Shown: one piece after another, positions 1-11,922 of the stretch
How the letters are laid out: every line of letters starts with the position of its first letter
How positions within the stretch are numbered: the first letter of the stretch is position 1
From: Sphyrna mokarran
Lineage: Eukaryota
Direction of reading: 5' to 3'
Length of the DNA stretch: 64,000 bases
Assembly (NCBI GenBank): GCA_024679065.1
Contig: JAGIQG010000010.1
Coordinates: forward strand, 61,876,001 to 61,940,000
Program-made: the position numbers and the translations under genes
Notes under the pieces: model-generated
What the model saw: the letters and a program-made list of their open reading frames with translations, nothing else
Told to the model about the DNA's origin: nothing
The model's database searches: none

Positions 1-619
1 TGTGAAATTGATCACTAGCTGTTGCATTTAAAAGGAGTCTCAAAGCTATCGAAGAACATCTGCATTTTGTAGAAGATTCATGAGTAAACAAAAGTGGACA
101 TAATAGTTTGTTTTGAACCTTCCTTTGGAAAAACCTCATCAGCGTGATGCTATTCCGGGAAGTCATGGCTTATATTTCCGATTAAAATGAAAGCAGTTTC
201 TCAGTTTGGATAATATTTTCTGGATTGAATGGTTAAGAATCTAAGGATTATTGCTAGAAAATAAAGTTTTATTAAGTGATCAGCATTTTGAGAGTCATTT
301 TATAAGACTTTTCTAACTATGCTACCTAGTGTGTTTTGAAATTTTATTTTTTTTAAATAGCCATTTTAATTCTTCAAATTTCAAAAGTTATCAATGAAGT
401 CCTATGCTTTTGTATTCAGTAGCTTTCCTTCCTCATTTCTACAATACAATAAACAATTACAATCAAATGATAGATTGTGATCTGAGATACAGCAGTCATA
501 ACACAGGAACAGGATATTCAGGACTGGAGAACTACTCACACCATACCCGAGAGCAGAAGCTACAATCATAGCAATTTGTGCACAGGGTACACGTGACTTA
601 TTGGGTTCTCCAGGAGGAA

Positions 620-1330
620 CTGCATCCAACCGTGGTGCCTATGTAAGAATGTCGCCTTCGTTACGACAATTTGCTGACTTGTTCCACTGTTACTATTACT
701 TTGTGACAAGTAAAGGGACACCATTCACAGCTTTTTTGGGAGGAATTTTCTGGTTCTCTCAACCCAAACCTGGAAAATCCCGTTCAAGGTCAACAGACCT
801 CTGCACGGTCCACCCCCTACGATTCCCGTGGCGGTCGGGATGGTAAAATTCCAGCCGATGTCTCAAATTTCAGACTGCCTCAGGGAATCAGTGCAGTATC
901 AGCTAAGGAAGTTTTCAGGACATGTTTTTTGTGGAACTCTTTTAGAAAGCAGCTGAAGTCATCTACTTTGGTCCAGCTTCAGACAGCAGAGGCACAGAGC
1001 CAGGGACGTCTCCAGGATAATTGGATCCCCCAGTGTGCAGGGTGCCACAATGACCTGAACATGACACTGAAAGTGCCAAATGAGCAGCCACTGACATATG
1101 TGAATAAGCAGGGGCTCCATTCTCAGGGCTTTCAGCTTGTCTGTGATGCAAACCAGGCCATGTCTTCACTCACCACTACAAGGGCACCTAATCTAATTAA
1201 GGACAAATTTTGCATGACATCTTCGTTGTGACAGTTCCTCCTACACAGCCTACCATTTGACACTGAGTCAAATCGCTTCATCCTAGCAGCACCTGACGAG
1301 GAATTTTTACCTGTGTGGAGAAGCGTGAAT
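620..1330 (+). pseudogene. Degraded PIF/Harbinger (HARBI1-like, DDE_Tnp_4) transposase relic
   Basis: ORF 929-1231 contains TLKVPNEQPLTYVNKQGLHSQGFQLVCDANQ, matching the Harbinger transposase motif (DCTH..I.AP....Y.NRKG.HS.N.Q.VCD); CCCAGTGTGCAGGGTGCC (PSVQGA) just upstream in another frame; frameshifted. Confidence 0.7.
739..856. mobile_element. Short MITE (about 120 bp) inserted in the Harbinger relic
   Basis: Imperfect TIRs GGAGGAATTTT...GGTAAAATTCCAGCC; related copies at 16796-16918, 44193-44281 and 49989-50123. Confidence 0.6.
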
Positions 1331-2550
1331 CTATTTCCCAACTTACTGTAATGTTCGTAAATAACAAATCACAAGGCCAGCATATTTCAAAGTACAAATT
1401 TCTTTTTATGCAAGCTAAGGGAACATAGGAACAAGAATAGAGCATTCAGCCCTTGAACCTGTTCTGCCATTCAGTCAGATCTTGGCTGATCTGTACGTCA
1501 ACTCCATTTACTTATCTTTGATCCATATCCTTTGATGTCCATACCTAACAAAAATCTATCGATCTTGGTCTTCAACTGATCTAGCTTTCTGGGAAGGTGA
1601 GTTTCAAGTACTGTGGAGTTAGTGTTTGTGAAAATTATAAAACAATTGTAAAAATGCGAAGAGCATGGTCTGTTTTAAAAGGTGGTTTGGTGCTTATGAG
1701 TTTAAAAAAAAATCCAGTACACAGTCTGAAATAATGTATCAGAGGCAAAACAACAAGGTTGCTTTGGTAACAGCATTAGGATTTGAACCAGAACATGTTT
1801 TTGAATTTTAACCAATCAGTTTGGAATAGGTATTTGAATAGCCGCAGCCTATCAAATTTGAATTTTATGTTTTGATAACCTGTAGACCAATCCTATTGTA
1901 CAAACTTTGATATGTCATCTGGAGACATATAACCAACTCCTAACTCCAAACAGCCAGACAGCTATTTGTCAGCTTCTGTCAGCAATTGCTACAGCTCACA
2001 GCTAGTGAGAGACAAACTGCTCTCAATCAGTGACAGTAAGTAGTTTCACAACACCAGATAAAAGTCCAACAGGTTTATTTGGTAGTATGAGTTTTTGGAG
2101 CATTGCCCCTTCATCAAATGAGTGAAGAGCTCAGTTCACAAGCAGGACATATGTAGACACAAACAAGATAATAGTTGGAATGTGAGTCTTAACAGGTAAT
2201 CAAGTCTTTATAGGTGCAGACAATATGAGTGGAAAGAAGGTTAAGCACAGGGTAAAGAGATATGAATTGTCTCTAGCCAGGACAATTACTGAGATTTTGC
2301 AAACCTAGGCAAGTCACAAGGGTGACAGATAGTGTTGACATGAACCAAAGATCCTGGTTGAGGCTGTCCACATGTGTGCGGAACTTGGCTATCAGTCTCA
2401 GCTCAGCGATTCTACATTGTCATATGTTGTGAAGGCTGTCTTGGAGAATGCTTACTTGAAGATCAGAGGCTGAATGCCATTGACTGCTGAAGCGTTCCCG
2501 GACAACCCTCGGTGTATACAGGATCTGCTCAGATGAGGAGGATCGCAACA

Positions 2551-3610
2551 GATTGACATCATTTACTTCCTTTGGACTCTCAGTGATCAATCACTGAAAC
2601 AACTATATGATGACATCAACAAGTTCCATCTCATCATCAGACCACCATGGGCTACTCTCCGGAATTGGTTGTATTCTTGGACACAAGCATCTCCATCAAG
2701 GACAGTCATTTCAGCACTTTACTATACCAGAAGCCCACAGATAACCTCACAATACTCCACTTCTCCAGCTTCCACCCTAAACACGTTAAAGAAGCCATCC
2801 CCTACGGACAAGCCTTCCGTATACATAAGATCTGCTCAAATGAAGAGAATTGTAACACACACCTACAGACACTGAAAGATGCCCTCATAAGAACAGGAAA
2901 ATGGCACTCAAATCATCGAATGACAGTTCTGATGTGCCACAGTGAAAACTGCACAGACCTTCTCAGTAGACAAACATGGGACACAGTAGAGAGAGTACCC
3001 TTCGTCGTCCATACTTCCCTGGAGTGAAGAAGCCAAGACATTTTCTCTGAAGCCTTCAGCATGTCATTGATGAAGACAAACATCTCACCACGGCCATCCC
3101 CCTACTTCCAGTACTTGCCTTCAAACAACTGCGCAACCTCAAATACACCATTGTATGCAGAAAACTACCCAGCCTTCAGGAGAACAGTGACCATGACACT
3201 ACACAACCCTACTACAGCAACCTCTGCAAGATGTGACGGATCATTGATACGGATGCCATCATCTCATGTGAGAACACCATTCACCAGACATACGGTACAT
3301 ACTCTTGCAACTTGGCCAATGTTGTCTACCTACATTGCAGGAAAGGATGTCCCGACATATGGTACATTGGGGAGACAATGCAGACTCTATGACAACGAGT
3401 GAATGAACATTGCTTGACAATCACCAGGCAGGAGCGTTCCTTTCTTGTCGGGGAACACCAGCAGTCTTAGGCATTCAGCTTCTGACCTTCGGGTAAGCAT
3501 TGTCCAAGGCGGCCTTCAACAAAGATCTCTGAGCAGAAACTGAGAGCCAAGTTCCACACACATGAGGACGGCCTCAACTGGGATCTTGGGTTCATGTCAC
3601 ACTATCTGTA
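2551..3610 (+). pseudogene. PLE reverse transcriptase C-terminus/thumb plus GIY-YIG endonuclease (frameshifted)
   Basis: FLDTSISIKDSHFSTLLYQKPTDNLTILHFSSFHPKHVKEAIPYGQAFRIHKICS (PLE RT thumb); 3300-3410 reads YSCNLANVVYL..CRKGCPDIWYIGETMQTL*QRVNEH (GIY-YIG motif). Confidence 0.85.
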
Positions 3611-3818
3611 ACCCCCACAACTTGCCTGGATTTGCAAAATCTCAGTAAATGTCCTGGCTGGAGCAATTCACACCCTTTAACCCGTGCTTAACCCTTTTCC
3701 ACTCACATTGTCTGTACCTGTAAAGACTTGATTACCTGTTAAGACTCACATTCCAAGCATTATCTTGTAATTGAGTTTCTGTCTATATATGCTCTACTTG
3801 TGAATTGAACTCTTCACT

Positions 3819-3853
3819 CGCCTGATGAAGGAGCAAAGCTCCGAAAGCTCGTG
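3819..3853 (+). ncRNA. Minimal type I hammerhead-ribozyme-like motif in the PLE terminal repeat
   Basis: CGC-CTGATGA-A-GGAGC(AAA)GCTCC-GAA-AGCT-C-GTG: core boxes CUGAUGA and GAAA, 5-bp stem II, palindromic AGCU stem III, 3-bp stem I; one extra A before stem II. Confidence 0.6.
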
Positions 3854-4685
3854 CTACCAAATAAACCTTTGGGACTTTAATCTGGTGTTGATGAGACTAC
3901 TTATTGTGCCTATCCAGTCCAACATCGACAACTCCACATCTCGGTCAGTCAAACAGTCATATTTTATAAAAGCCTCATCTCATCTCAGAAGAACAGACCA
4001 ACAGAGCATAAGAGAAATCAGCAAAGAAGAAAGAAGATTCTGGAAGCCTACAAACCCAATTGATATCTGAGAGTGACTAAAAATTCTATTTTGTTTGTTA
4101 ATAAGTGAGAATTGTAATGATCTAAACAGCATTCCATTAGACAAGTGTTTTATTTAGCTTGACAATAGTTTAGTTAACCTGTTCACTGTTAGTTAGATAA
4201 AATAAAGTGGTACTTGTTTCTTTTCCAAGAGAGAGTCTCAGGTAGTTATTTTGATTTAACCACTAAAAATTGTTGAAGGCAGATCGTACTTTTTCTCACA
4301 TTCTTTCATAGATTATGAAGGGAGGTACTTCTCTTTGAGTGGTTTAATGTTAGTTTTCTGAGAGGAGATCATCCTCAGCTTCATAACACAAATTTCCATT
4401 ACCCTTTGTGTGAAAAAGTAATCCATAGTTTCACATTTAAATTGCCAAGGTCTAATTTTAAATTTTTGCCCTCTTATCCTTCTTTAGCCCAACAGAGGAA
4501 TTTGTCCTATCAAATCCCTTTATCATTTTAAACACCTTGATCAGCTCATCCCTCAATCTTCCAAAATTAAGCAAGTGTAAATCATATTTATGCAACTTAT
4601 CCACATAATTAAGTTGTTTAAATTCTGATATCGTTCTGGTGAACGTGCACTGTATTATTCCTAAGATCAATATATCTTGCCTGAG

Positions 4686-4885
4686 CAAAAACAGAAAATG
4701 CTGGAAAATCTGAGCAAATCTGACAGCATCTATGGAGAGAGAGAACAGAGCTAATGTTTCGAGTCAAGAGATGAAGGGTCATCCAGATTCAAAATGTTAG
4801 CTTTATCCTCTCTCCGCAGATGATGAAATTTTCCAGCATTTTCTGTTTTTGTTTCAGATTCTAGCATTCACAGTATTTTACTTCT
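4686..4885. mobile_element. Short non-autonomous hairpin element, PLE-terminal-repeat type (second family)
   Basis: Perfect 24-bp inverted repeat CAAAAACAGAAAATGCTGGAAAAT (4686-4709 / 4828-4851) continuing imperfectly inward; one arm has a tail; decayed hammerhead-like core (GATGAAGGGTC...GATTCAAAATGTT; GACTCGAAAC on the other strand). Confidence 0.65.
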
Positions 4886-5164
4886 AGATTTTTCTTAAAG
4901 TTTGATGCCCAAAACCAAACACAGTTCTCCCGATGTGGTCTGGCCAACGCTGTACAGAACTGAAGCATAAATTCCTCACTTTAGTATTTCCAGCTCCTTG
5001 GTATAAAGGACAATACTCCATTCATCTTGTTTTCCTACTTGTGCACTGGTTTTTTAGGAGTTTGTTTACATGGTCATTTAAATACCTCTGTTCTTTCTCA
5101 GCTCTTACTTTTCCACCATTAACAAAATTAACAATTTATTTTGTTCTGGTACAGATTAGATGAA

Positions 5165-5820
5165 CTTGTGCATAAATCATAAAAGAAGTTAGTATACAGG
5201 TACAGCAAGTAGCTCAGTAGACAATGCAATGTTGGCATATATTGCGAAGGGGAATGGAATATAAAAGTAGAGAAGTCTTGTCGCAGCTCCACAGGCTCTT
5301 AATGAGATCATATCTGGAATATTGCACACAGTATTAGCCTCCTTATTTGAAAAAACATAATTGCATTAAAAATATTTCAGAGAAGGTTGGACATTTACAG
5401 ATTGTGGTTTACCAGAATGAGAGGTGATCTTAATGAAATATATAAAATTCTGAAGAGATTTGATAGGGTAGATATGAAGAGGACGTTTCCACTTGTGGGA
5501 GAGACTAGATGCAGGTGACACAGTTTAAGAATAAGAAGTCTATAGTATAAGATGGAGATGTGAAGAAATCTTTTCTCTTAAAGAGTAGTTAGTGTATGGA
5601 ATTTTCTTCCCCAGAAAACAGTAGTCTGCGGTCTTAAATTTATTCAAGACAGAGTTAGACACATTTTTGATAGCAAAGAAAGTCAAGGGTCATGGGATCA
5701 GATGGCAAAGTGGAGTTGAGAAATGCCCAGATCAGCCATGATCTTATTCAATAATAGAGCAAATTTGATGCACTATATAGTCTACTCTTGCTCATTTGTT
5801 TTTTGCTCCTAATTCGTATT
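5165..5820 (+). mobile_element. Old CR1 LINE 3' fragment
   Basis: Degenerate ORF2 C-terminus (ggaatggaatataaaagtagagaagtc; agaatgagaggtgatcttaatgaaatatataaaattctg) and 3' UTR (atcagccatgatcttatt). Confidence 0.75.
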
Positions 5821-6714
5821 TGACAGTAATTTGGAAGCTGTGTTCATTGGATGAAGTTAACTGCTATGGATGGCTGGAATGAAAGATGTGTGGGTATAAG
5901 GATGTTAGGATGGAGGGTGCCATTTTGGAGTCCTGGATGGCATTTGGTGAGTTATTGGAGTTGTGGATATTGTTTGTCAGCATGTAAAGTGAGGATTTAG
6001 CTCTATGGATGTTCTTTGAAGACGGTACTTAAGGAGTGGGCTAGTACCCAGAACGGGCAGGCAGTGAAGGGCAAATGTGGTGACATGTGACCTTTGCCTG
6101 TGAACGTGAAGTGGTTTCTCTTTTTCCTGCACAGTTGATCAATCCTGATTGTGAGGAGTCAGGAATGAGTGCCAGTGTTGGCTTCCGGCAGATGTTGATG
6201 CTGGCACTTGATTTGCTAAAGGGAAGACTCAGGAGTGTCAGGTTCTAGTCTTGCATTTCTTGGAGACGAGCTTGAAGATCTTCATCAGAGAAATGGATTG
6301 TGCTTTCTATGCCTGCCGTCCTGGCTTGGTGCCCAGTGGGCACAGCTGGCAGTTAAGTAGGCAGGATGATGCCAATCTGGACTGTGTTGTGGGTGAGAGA
6401 TGCCATCAAATAATTGGATGGAAATTGCCAACGAAACCACTTGTGCAGTCCTTACCTTGCTACTGCTGGGTGTCTGCAGAGGACTTTAAAAGAGTTATAT
6501 TTCTGTTGTCCTGGAGGAGGTCAGGTAATATTCGCAGGGTTTCATTAACCTTAGGTTCACATGGAGAAAATCAGGGGAGTTGTAATATAGGCTGCTGACT
6601 TGCAATGAAAGTTGTAAAACAAGTGCTAATTCACTATATGGAGCATCAAAATGGCTGTGAATGGAGGTTGGGGAGTGTGGGTTTAGGTTCAGAAATGCAC
6701 CAATGGAAACAACA

Positions 6715-6880
6715 GGCAGAATTTTATGCCCCTCTCCCCCCATGATGAGTTTTACAGCAGCCGGAGAAATCTTTTGCTCCTGCTGCTGTCAATGGAGTTT
6801 CTCATTGTTTGCATCCTCCAGCAATGGGGAGCTTGTGGCAGGGGTTTGCTATTGGCAGAAATAGCCAGAAAATGCCAGCC
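6715..6880. mobile_element. MITE-like element with GGCAGAATTTT...AAAATGCCAGCC termini
   Basis: Terminal inverted similarity; same terminus type as the other short TIR elements in the window. Confidence 0.45.
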
Positions 6881-7044
6881 AACATTTAATTATACCACAT
6901 CTTCAAAGCAGTGAAACATCCCAAAGCAGTTTACAGAAAAGTTAATAAAATTTTATAGTAAGCCATTTAAAAGCTGATGAAAAAGTTTGGTTAAAAAGAA
7001 GTAGGTTTTAAGGAATGAAGTAAAGAAGGTAAAAAGCCATGAAT

Positions 7045-7850
7045 GCAAATGGCGACGGATGCAAAATCTCATGAGAATTGGAAAACAAAACTCAGTGGCA
7101 AGATCTTGTTTTCTGATTTCGCCTGCTCCTCGATGGTGATATGCTGAGGTTCCTGTCCAAAAAGGGAGGAAGTGCATTTGAATACATAAATATATTTTAA
7201 TATAATTAGCAGGCTTCCCCACCATGTCCCTCCCCAAACATTTAGAATTCTCCTCGTATTGATATGCCGTGAAACCGGTGAGGTTTACAATGACTTTCCA
7301 AAAACCTGAAGCAGTTGAGGGAAATCCACTGGTTGTAAACAGTTAAGGATAGCCCATTAAGGAGAAAGGACATGCCCAGCCAGACCCTGGCACTGCAATG
7401 ATGGCATGCCAGGTTGGTACAAGGAGCTCTAACAGGGGGTTTACCGTATGTGTGAGATAGTTTGCCATGGTACTTTGGGGTAAGGGGGTTCATCTTATCC
7501 ATAGGGTTAGGGCAGGGAGGGTGTTGCCTGGTAAGTTGTGTGGAAATTTCTCCTTGTCTGTGGGTAGTTGGCTTTGCCTTGGTGCGTGTGGGGGAGAGGA
7601 GGGGTTCTGTGGGGATGGGTAGAGGATTGCCCCAGTACATGTGGGGAGGTGGGTTCCTCATATCCTTGGTTGGGAGTAGGAATGTTTTTTTTAGGGCTGA
7701 GGGCTGTTCTCTGTGAAGCTGATGCTTCTGGTTCTATCAAGCTCTGTCCCATCAATGTGCAGTGTAGACCATGCATCTACATTTTTTTGTACTGAGTGCC
7801 ATAAAAGCTGTGGAGAAAACTCAGCTTTACAGCTGGGAAGCACTCTGCAT
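7045..7850. mobile_element. Probable non-autonomous DNA transposon (Harbinger-type) relic
   Basis: GC/G-rich interior; 7060-7210 resembles the reverse complement of 61830-62000. Family assignment is inference. Confidence 0.35.
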
Positions 7851-7953
7851 GGGAACTCCATGATTCATTTTCTTCATTGAAACTACCAATGAATCCTAGC
7901 TAACCCACCATTTCTCTTGCAGGCTCTGCAACTCAAAGCTGCTCAGTATATTT

Positions 7954-8278
7954 CATATAGAATCATAAAAGAAATAGGCCATTCAACCCATCAAGTCTGC
8001 ACTGACAACAATCCCACTCAGGGCCTATTCCCTTAATCCTACATATTCATCCTACTAATTCTTCTAACTTACGCATCCCGAGACACTAAGGGCAATTTAG
8101 CATGGCCAATTTACCCAACCTGCACATCTCTGAACTGTGGGAGGAAACCAGAGCACCCAGACGAAATCCACACAGACATGGGGAGCATGTGCAAATTCCA
8201 CACAATGACCCAGGTGGAACTGAACCCAGGTATCTGGAGTTGTGAGGCAGCAGTACTAATCACTGTGCCATCATGCCC
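7954..8278 (-). mobile_element. Full-length tRNA-derived SINE (HE1-type) with CR1-like 3' tail
   Basis: Minus strand starts GGGCATGATGGCACAGTGATTAG (box A), GGTTCAGTTCC (box B), core TCTGGTTTCCTCCCACAG...GGCCATGCTAAATTGCCCTTAGTG, tail ending (ATTCTAT)-like. Confidence 0.85.
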
Positions 8279-8879
8279 ACCCTGGATAATGCCTGGAAAC
8301 TCACCCTGCTCTTCCTGAAAAAACAGAGTTTTTTTCTTCCTTGTCTTTCTGCAATAGCACTTCAGTTTTTAGTCCTGTTATTGCTCCTCCCTAATCTTCT
8401 AATATTCAAAGTATGATAACCCACAATATCATCATTCCTCAAATTAGGATCTGTTTTCAATGTTCTCAATAAAACAAAATCCTATCCATATTGCCAACAT
8501 TTTTCCAGTATAATGTCCTAATTATGTTGGGGGTAGTGTGTTTAAACAAAATGAAAAGATATGGTTTGCACACAGGTTCAAACTAACACACAATAAGTTT
8601 TATTGAAAAAGGTATTTTCTATACTGCACAAAATACAAACTGAATGTAAAACAGCAGTCTGTGGCAACACACTAATGACATCACCAGCAAATCATGTGAT
8701 CAGCTCTTGAAACATTCATGCAATCCTTTTAATGATGTTACAGGACCCAGGCAGCTGAAGGCATAGCTGCCATTGCTGCAACATTGATAAAATTAGGGAT
8801 GCTCAAGAAATCAGAGGAAGCATAGATATTTCAAAGGGTTATAGGACTGGACAAAATAACAGAAATAAGCTCTGCTGAC

Positions 8880-10420
8880 TCCATTTGCTCACCCCACTAC
8901 ACCTCCACAGCATTCAGCATACATGCACAATGTATGATAGACACACTATAGGTTGTATTCCTGAACCTGTCTATCCAATGTGAACAGGCTAATTGCTGCC
9001 CTTGATGTCTCCAGTGGAATTCTGGTTGTATCTCTATGTTGCAAGCAAGCACAACTTATAAACAGGAGCCATGTGCACAAATAGCTTAAACTCAAGCTGG
9101 TGTGCTAAATATGGTTAGGTAGCGAGGGGAGCTGGACATGGATGTTCCTGATTTGACAGTGACCAGGAAATCAGGCACAGGCTTGTATGACTTGTTGGCA
9201 ATTGTCATTCATCAGTTGAGCATTGTTGGAGTGATGGCTTTTCCTTCTCATGAAGGCTGCAGGATGATTGGGATGTGCCCTCACAGCTATATGTGCACAG
9301 TTATTGACAGACCATAATGCAAGCCTATCGTGGTAACAAACTCCACAGCTCTTTGCTGCTGATTGCTGCTGTCTGCAAAACATAACAGTTCAAACAAGTA
9401 CTTGATGCAAAGGTTGGAAATACAACGTGACTGACAATTCTGAAGCAAAATAACTAAGTGACCATTGTCATCTTGGCTTAGACTAGCAAGCTAACTTAGA
9501 ATCATAGAATCCCTACAGTGCAGAAAGAGGCCATTTAGCCCATAGAGTCTGCATCAACCAAAATCCCACCCAGGCCTTAACCCCATGTCCTTATATATTT
9601 TACCAGCTAATCCCTCCAATCTACGCATCACAGGACACTAAGGGGCAATTTTAGCATGGCCAATTAACCTAACTTGCATTGCTTGGAGCAGGCTTTGTTA
9701 TAAGATGCAGCACAGGACTGAGGCAGCCTTTAGAGAAGCATAGACTCATGTTGAACTGCTCTTTAGAAAAGTGAAGATAGAATCTGTGCCAATGGATCCA
9801 TTGGCAGAGTAAGGATACTTGTGAACAGTTCTTGTCAGATATCAGTCCTGACTGCAGTTCCTTAAGGTTTCTCCAGCCTGTTCCTGTTACTCCTCTTCCC
9901 TTTCCTCCTCCAATTGTGTGTGTCCAGCTGACTTAGATCAGGAGCCATAAGCTTCTTGAGAATACAAAAGCAGAATAATAGTGAAAAATAGAAAATTCTA
10001 ATGACAAAATTTGTAAAATAATCGAATCATTCGAAATGCAAACAAATACTAATAATCTGAATGGTTGCTGATGAGTGCCCCCTTTAAGTATCAATTCTGC
10101 ATCAAGCCTGTACAGTTCAGTAGTACTGGCCTTGTCCAGCATTTCAAGATACTGAAAAGGTTATCAATGTCCTAATGATATCATAAAATTCTGATTTATA
10201 TACTTTAGCGAGGCTGCTGCCTGCTTCAAACAGGCACATGGTCCATATATGCGAAAGTCTCAAATAAAATAGCAGTGAGCAGGATCGGGTGAGGGGATGG
10301 AGTGGTGTGCAGTAATCTGAATTCAGGATTTCTGCCAAGTGAAGTGAGCTTAGCTTGACCGTGCCATCTGGGAGTTTGGCAAATCTTGCTTTCACTGAGA
10401 ACAGTCCATCATCTGAGACC
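8880..10420 (-). pseudogene. Degraded PIF/Harbinger transposase relic, interrupted by a SINE
   Basis: ORF 9171-9383: NNCAHIAVRAHPNHPAAFMRRKSHHSNNAQLMND...IQACA*FPGHC matches the IDCTH...NRKG.HS.N.Q..CD...ARFPG motif. Outer limits approximate. Confidence 0.65.
9497..9680 (-). mobile_element. tRNA-derived SINE, 3' half
   Basis: agaatcatagaatccctacagtgcagaaagaggccatt tail and ggacactaaggggcaattttagcatggccaat core, as at 7954-8278. Confidence 0.8.
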
Positions 10421-10511
10421 ACCTAACTCTTCCAAAACCTTGATAGTCTTAAAATCAATCAAACAAAATTCAATGGTGTTATGCAGGGCTCCTTCTGTTG
10501 ATAAGGCCAAA

Positions 10512-10705
10512 ATCATAGAATCCCTACAGTGCAGAAGGAGGCCATTTGTCCCATTCACACTCAACCCCTATCCCTGTAACACCACGCTAATCCTCCTGAC
10601 ACTGTGGGGTAATTTGGCATGGGCAATCAACCTAACCTGCACCCCTTTGGAGTGTGGGAGAAAACCGGGCATCCGGAGGAAACCCATGCAGATACAATGA
10701 GAATG
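10512..10705 (-). mobile_element. tRNA-derived SINE, partial
   Basis: Same tail (atcatagaatccctacagtgcagaaggaggccatt) and core (tgtgggagaaaaccgg...ggaggaaacccatgcaga). Confidence 0.8.
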
Positions 10706-10862
10706 TCCTGGGGATGTTTCCAGTTACTTCCAATTATCACTCAAAAGATAATAACTTACGAATTTTCAGAAAGACAAAGATGGAATATGTAACAAAATAA
10801 GTCAAGAACCGTCTTTGGAACAGAAGTTTCACAATTCCAGGTTTTTTGATTTTCCTTTGTAG

Positions 10863-10979
10863 AGTTTCTTAGCCAGGACTGTTAGCTGGATTCCGAATTG
10901 AATTAAGTAGCGCAGAAGTTGACGTAGCAGACATAAGACCATATCCTATCTTTGTTTCTGCTTTTAAAATAACAGCAAG
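10863..10979 (+). other. Candidate non-coding (5' UTR or lncRNA) exon, 117 nt
   Basis: Acceptor ttttttgattttcctttgtAG (ends 10862) and consensus donor AAG|GTAAGT (10980); unique non-repeat sequence; stop codons in all three frames. Confidence 0.55.
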
Positions 10980-11922
10980 GTAAGTTTCCTGAATCAGTCA
11001 CAGACCCTGCAGTGCAGAGGAAGACAGCAGCTCATATATTCTAGTTATGTTCATTATTGTTCTTAAAAAAGTTAATCAGCTCTCAAGGAATGAGAGTCAA
11101 CATTTCCTTGTATATATTTAAGAATAAGAGTTGATTTGGTTCAGGAACTGGACACCGTTGGATACCAACATCAGACACCATGTGTATTTACAATTTTGTT
11201 TGAATATCGAGCAAAACTTAGAATTCAGAAAACTGCAGATAACTAGCTTAGTGAACGTTTATTATATTCTTGCAGAGCTGCCCCTCCCAAAGAAAAGATG
11301 AACAGGTTTGCCACTTACGGTAATAAACAATTACTTCATAAATTGTGGATAGACTTGTTGCAAGACTATCCAAATGACTGATATAATTGGATGGGTTTTC
11401 AATGAATTTGCAAATTGAGATGACATCAAGTTTACTAGCCTTAATGTATTTCTTCTCAGTACCTGACTTCATTTTGATTAAAAGAGTAAAGAATCCAATG
11501 TCTAACCTGTGCTAGTTGAAAGGCTATGGACTCTAATTTGAGGTCAAATTCAGAGGGATGGAAAATTTAGTCATTTACAATTTATGAATGATTATTTTCG
11601 ATTGCATAACAACATTCCTAAGGAGTGAAATTCAATGAGTAAACAAAGATTGGAACAATATGTCAAGAGAGTGAAGGCTGGTTGTTAATGTGGAATTTAA
11701 TCACCTCTTTTTAATGATAATAGCCTTTTTTCTTAATGATAGATCCCATTTAATGTGCTAAATTCTGAAGTTAAGTTGTTCTTAAATTGTTCTGTTTGTT
11801 TAAATTCAGATTGCAAAGATATAGGCATGGCTATTTTCATAAAAAGGAAACAATAGAGTGCAGAATGTAGTGTTATAGTCATAGCTATAACACTATGTGT
11901 TATGAATTGATTGGGGATAATC

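Larger units (their letters stand above)
2035..3940 (+). mobile_element. Penelope-like retroelement, 5'-truncated, with inverted duplication of its 3' end
   Basis: 2035-2505 is the diverged reverse complement of about 3445-3903; right arm has an extra tail of about 35 nt; possible TSD TCTCAATCAGT (2021-2031) / TCTCGGTCAGT (3939-3949). Confidence 0.85.
1612..4388 (+). mobile_element. Probable solo LTR (TGT...ACA), interrupted by the Penelope element
   Basis: Block of about 870 bp (excluding the PLE) that interrupts the CR1 fragment; starts TGTGG, ends CATAACA, AATAAA at 4201. No clean TSD seen. Confidence 0.4.
1420..5160 (-). mobile_element. Old CR1 LINE 3' fragment split by nested insertions (pieces about 1420-1607, 4389-4685, 4886-5160)
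   Basis: Reverse-strand CR1 3' end (gaacataggaac...cattcagccc); ORF 4458-4688 reads RLRDELIKVFKMIKGFDR (CR1 ORF2 C-terminus); pieces are collinear across the inserts. Confidence 0.7.

Noticed and set aside
153-161. STAT-type site TTCCGGGAA
   Set aside because: Single 9-mer with no supporting context; expected by chance in 64 kb at non-negligible frequency.
2035-3940. Long inverted repeats as TIRs of a DNA transposon
   Set aside because: The arms duplicate the 3' end of a PLE RT/GIY-YIG ORF and are asymmetric; no transposase.
5100-5230. Head-to-head CR1 fragments as one twin-primed insertion
   Set aside because: Both cover the same 3' region, each has its own 3' end and they look like different subfamilies.
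5870-6500. Possible LINE or other repeat remnant
   Set aside because: Composition suggests a decayed element, but no motif could be assigned.
7954-8278. tRNA genes at box A/B motifs
   Set aside because: These are SINE heads continuing into core and tail; no cloverleaf supported.
8525-8742. Short solo LTR (TGT...ACA, minus-strand AATAAA)
   Set aside because: Plausible, but no TSD and no second copy to support it.
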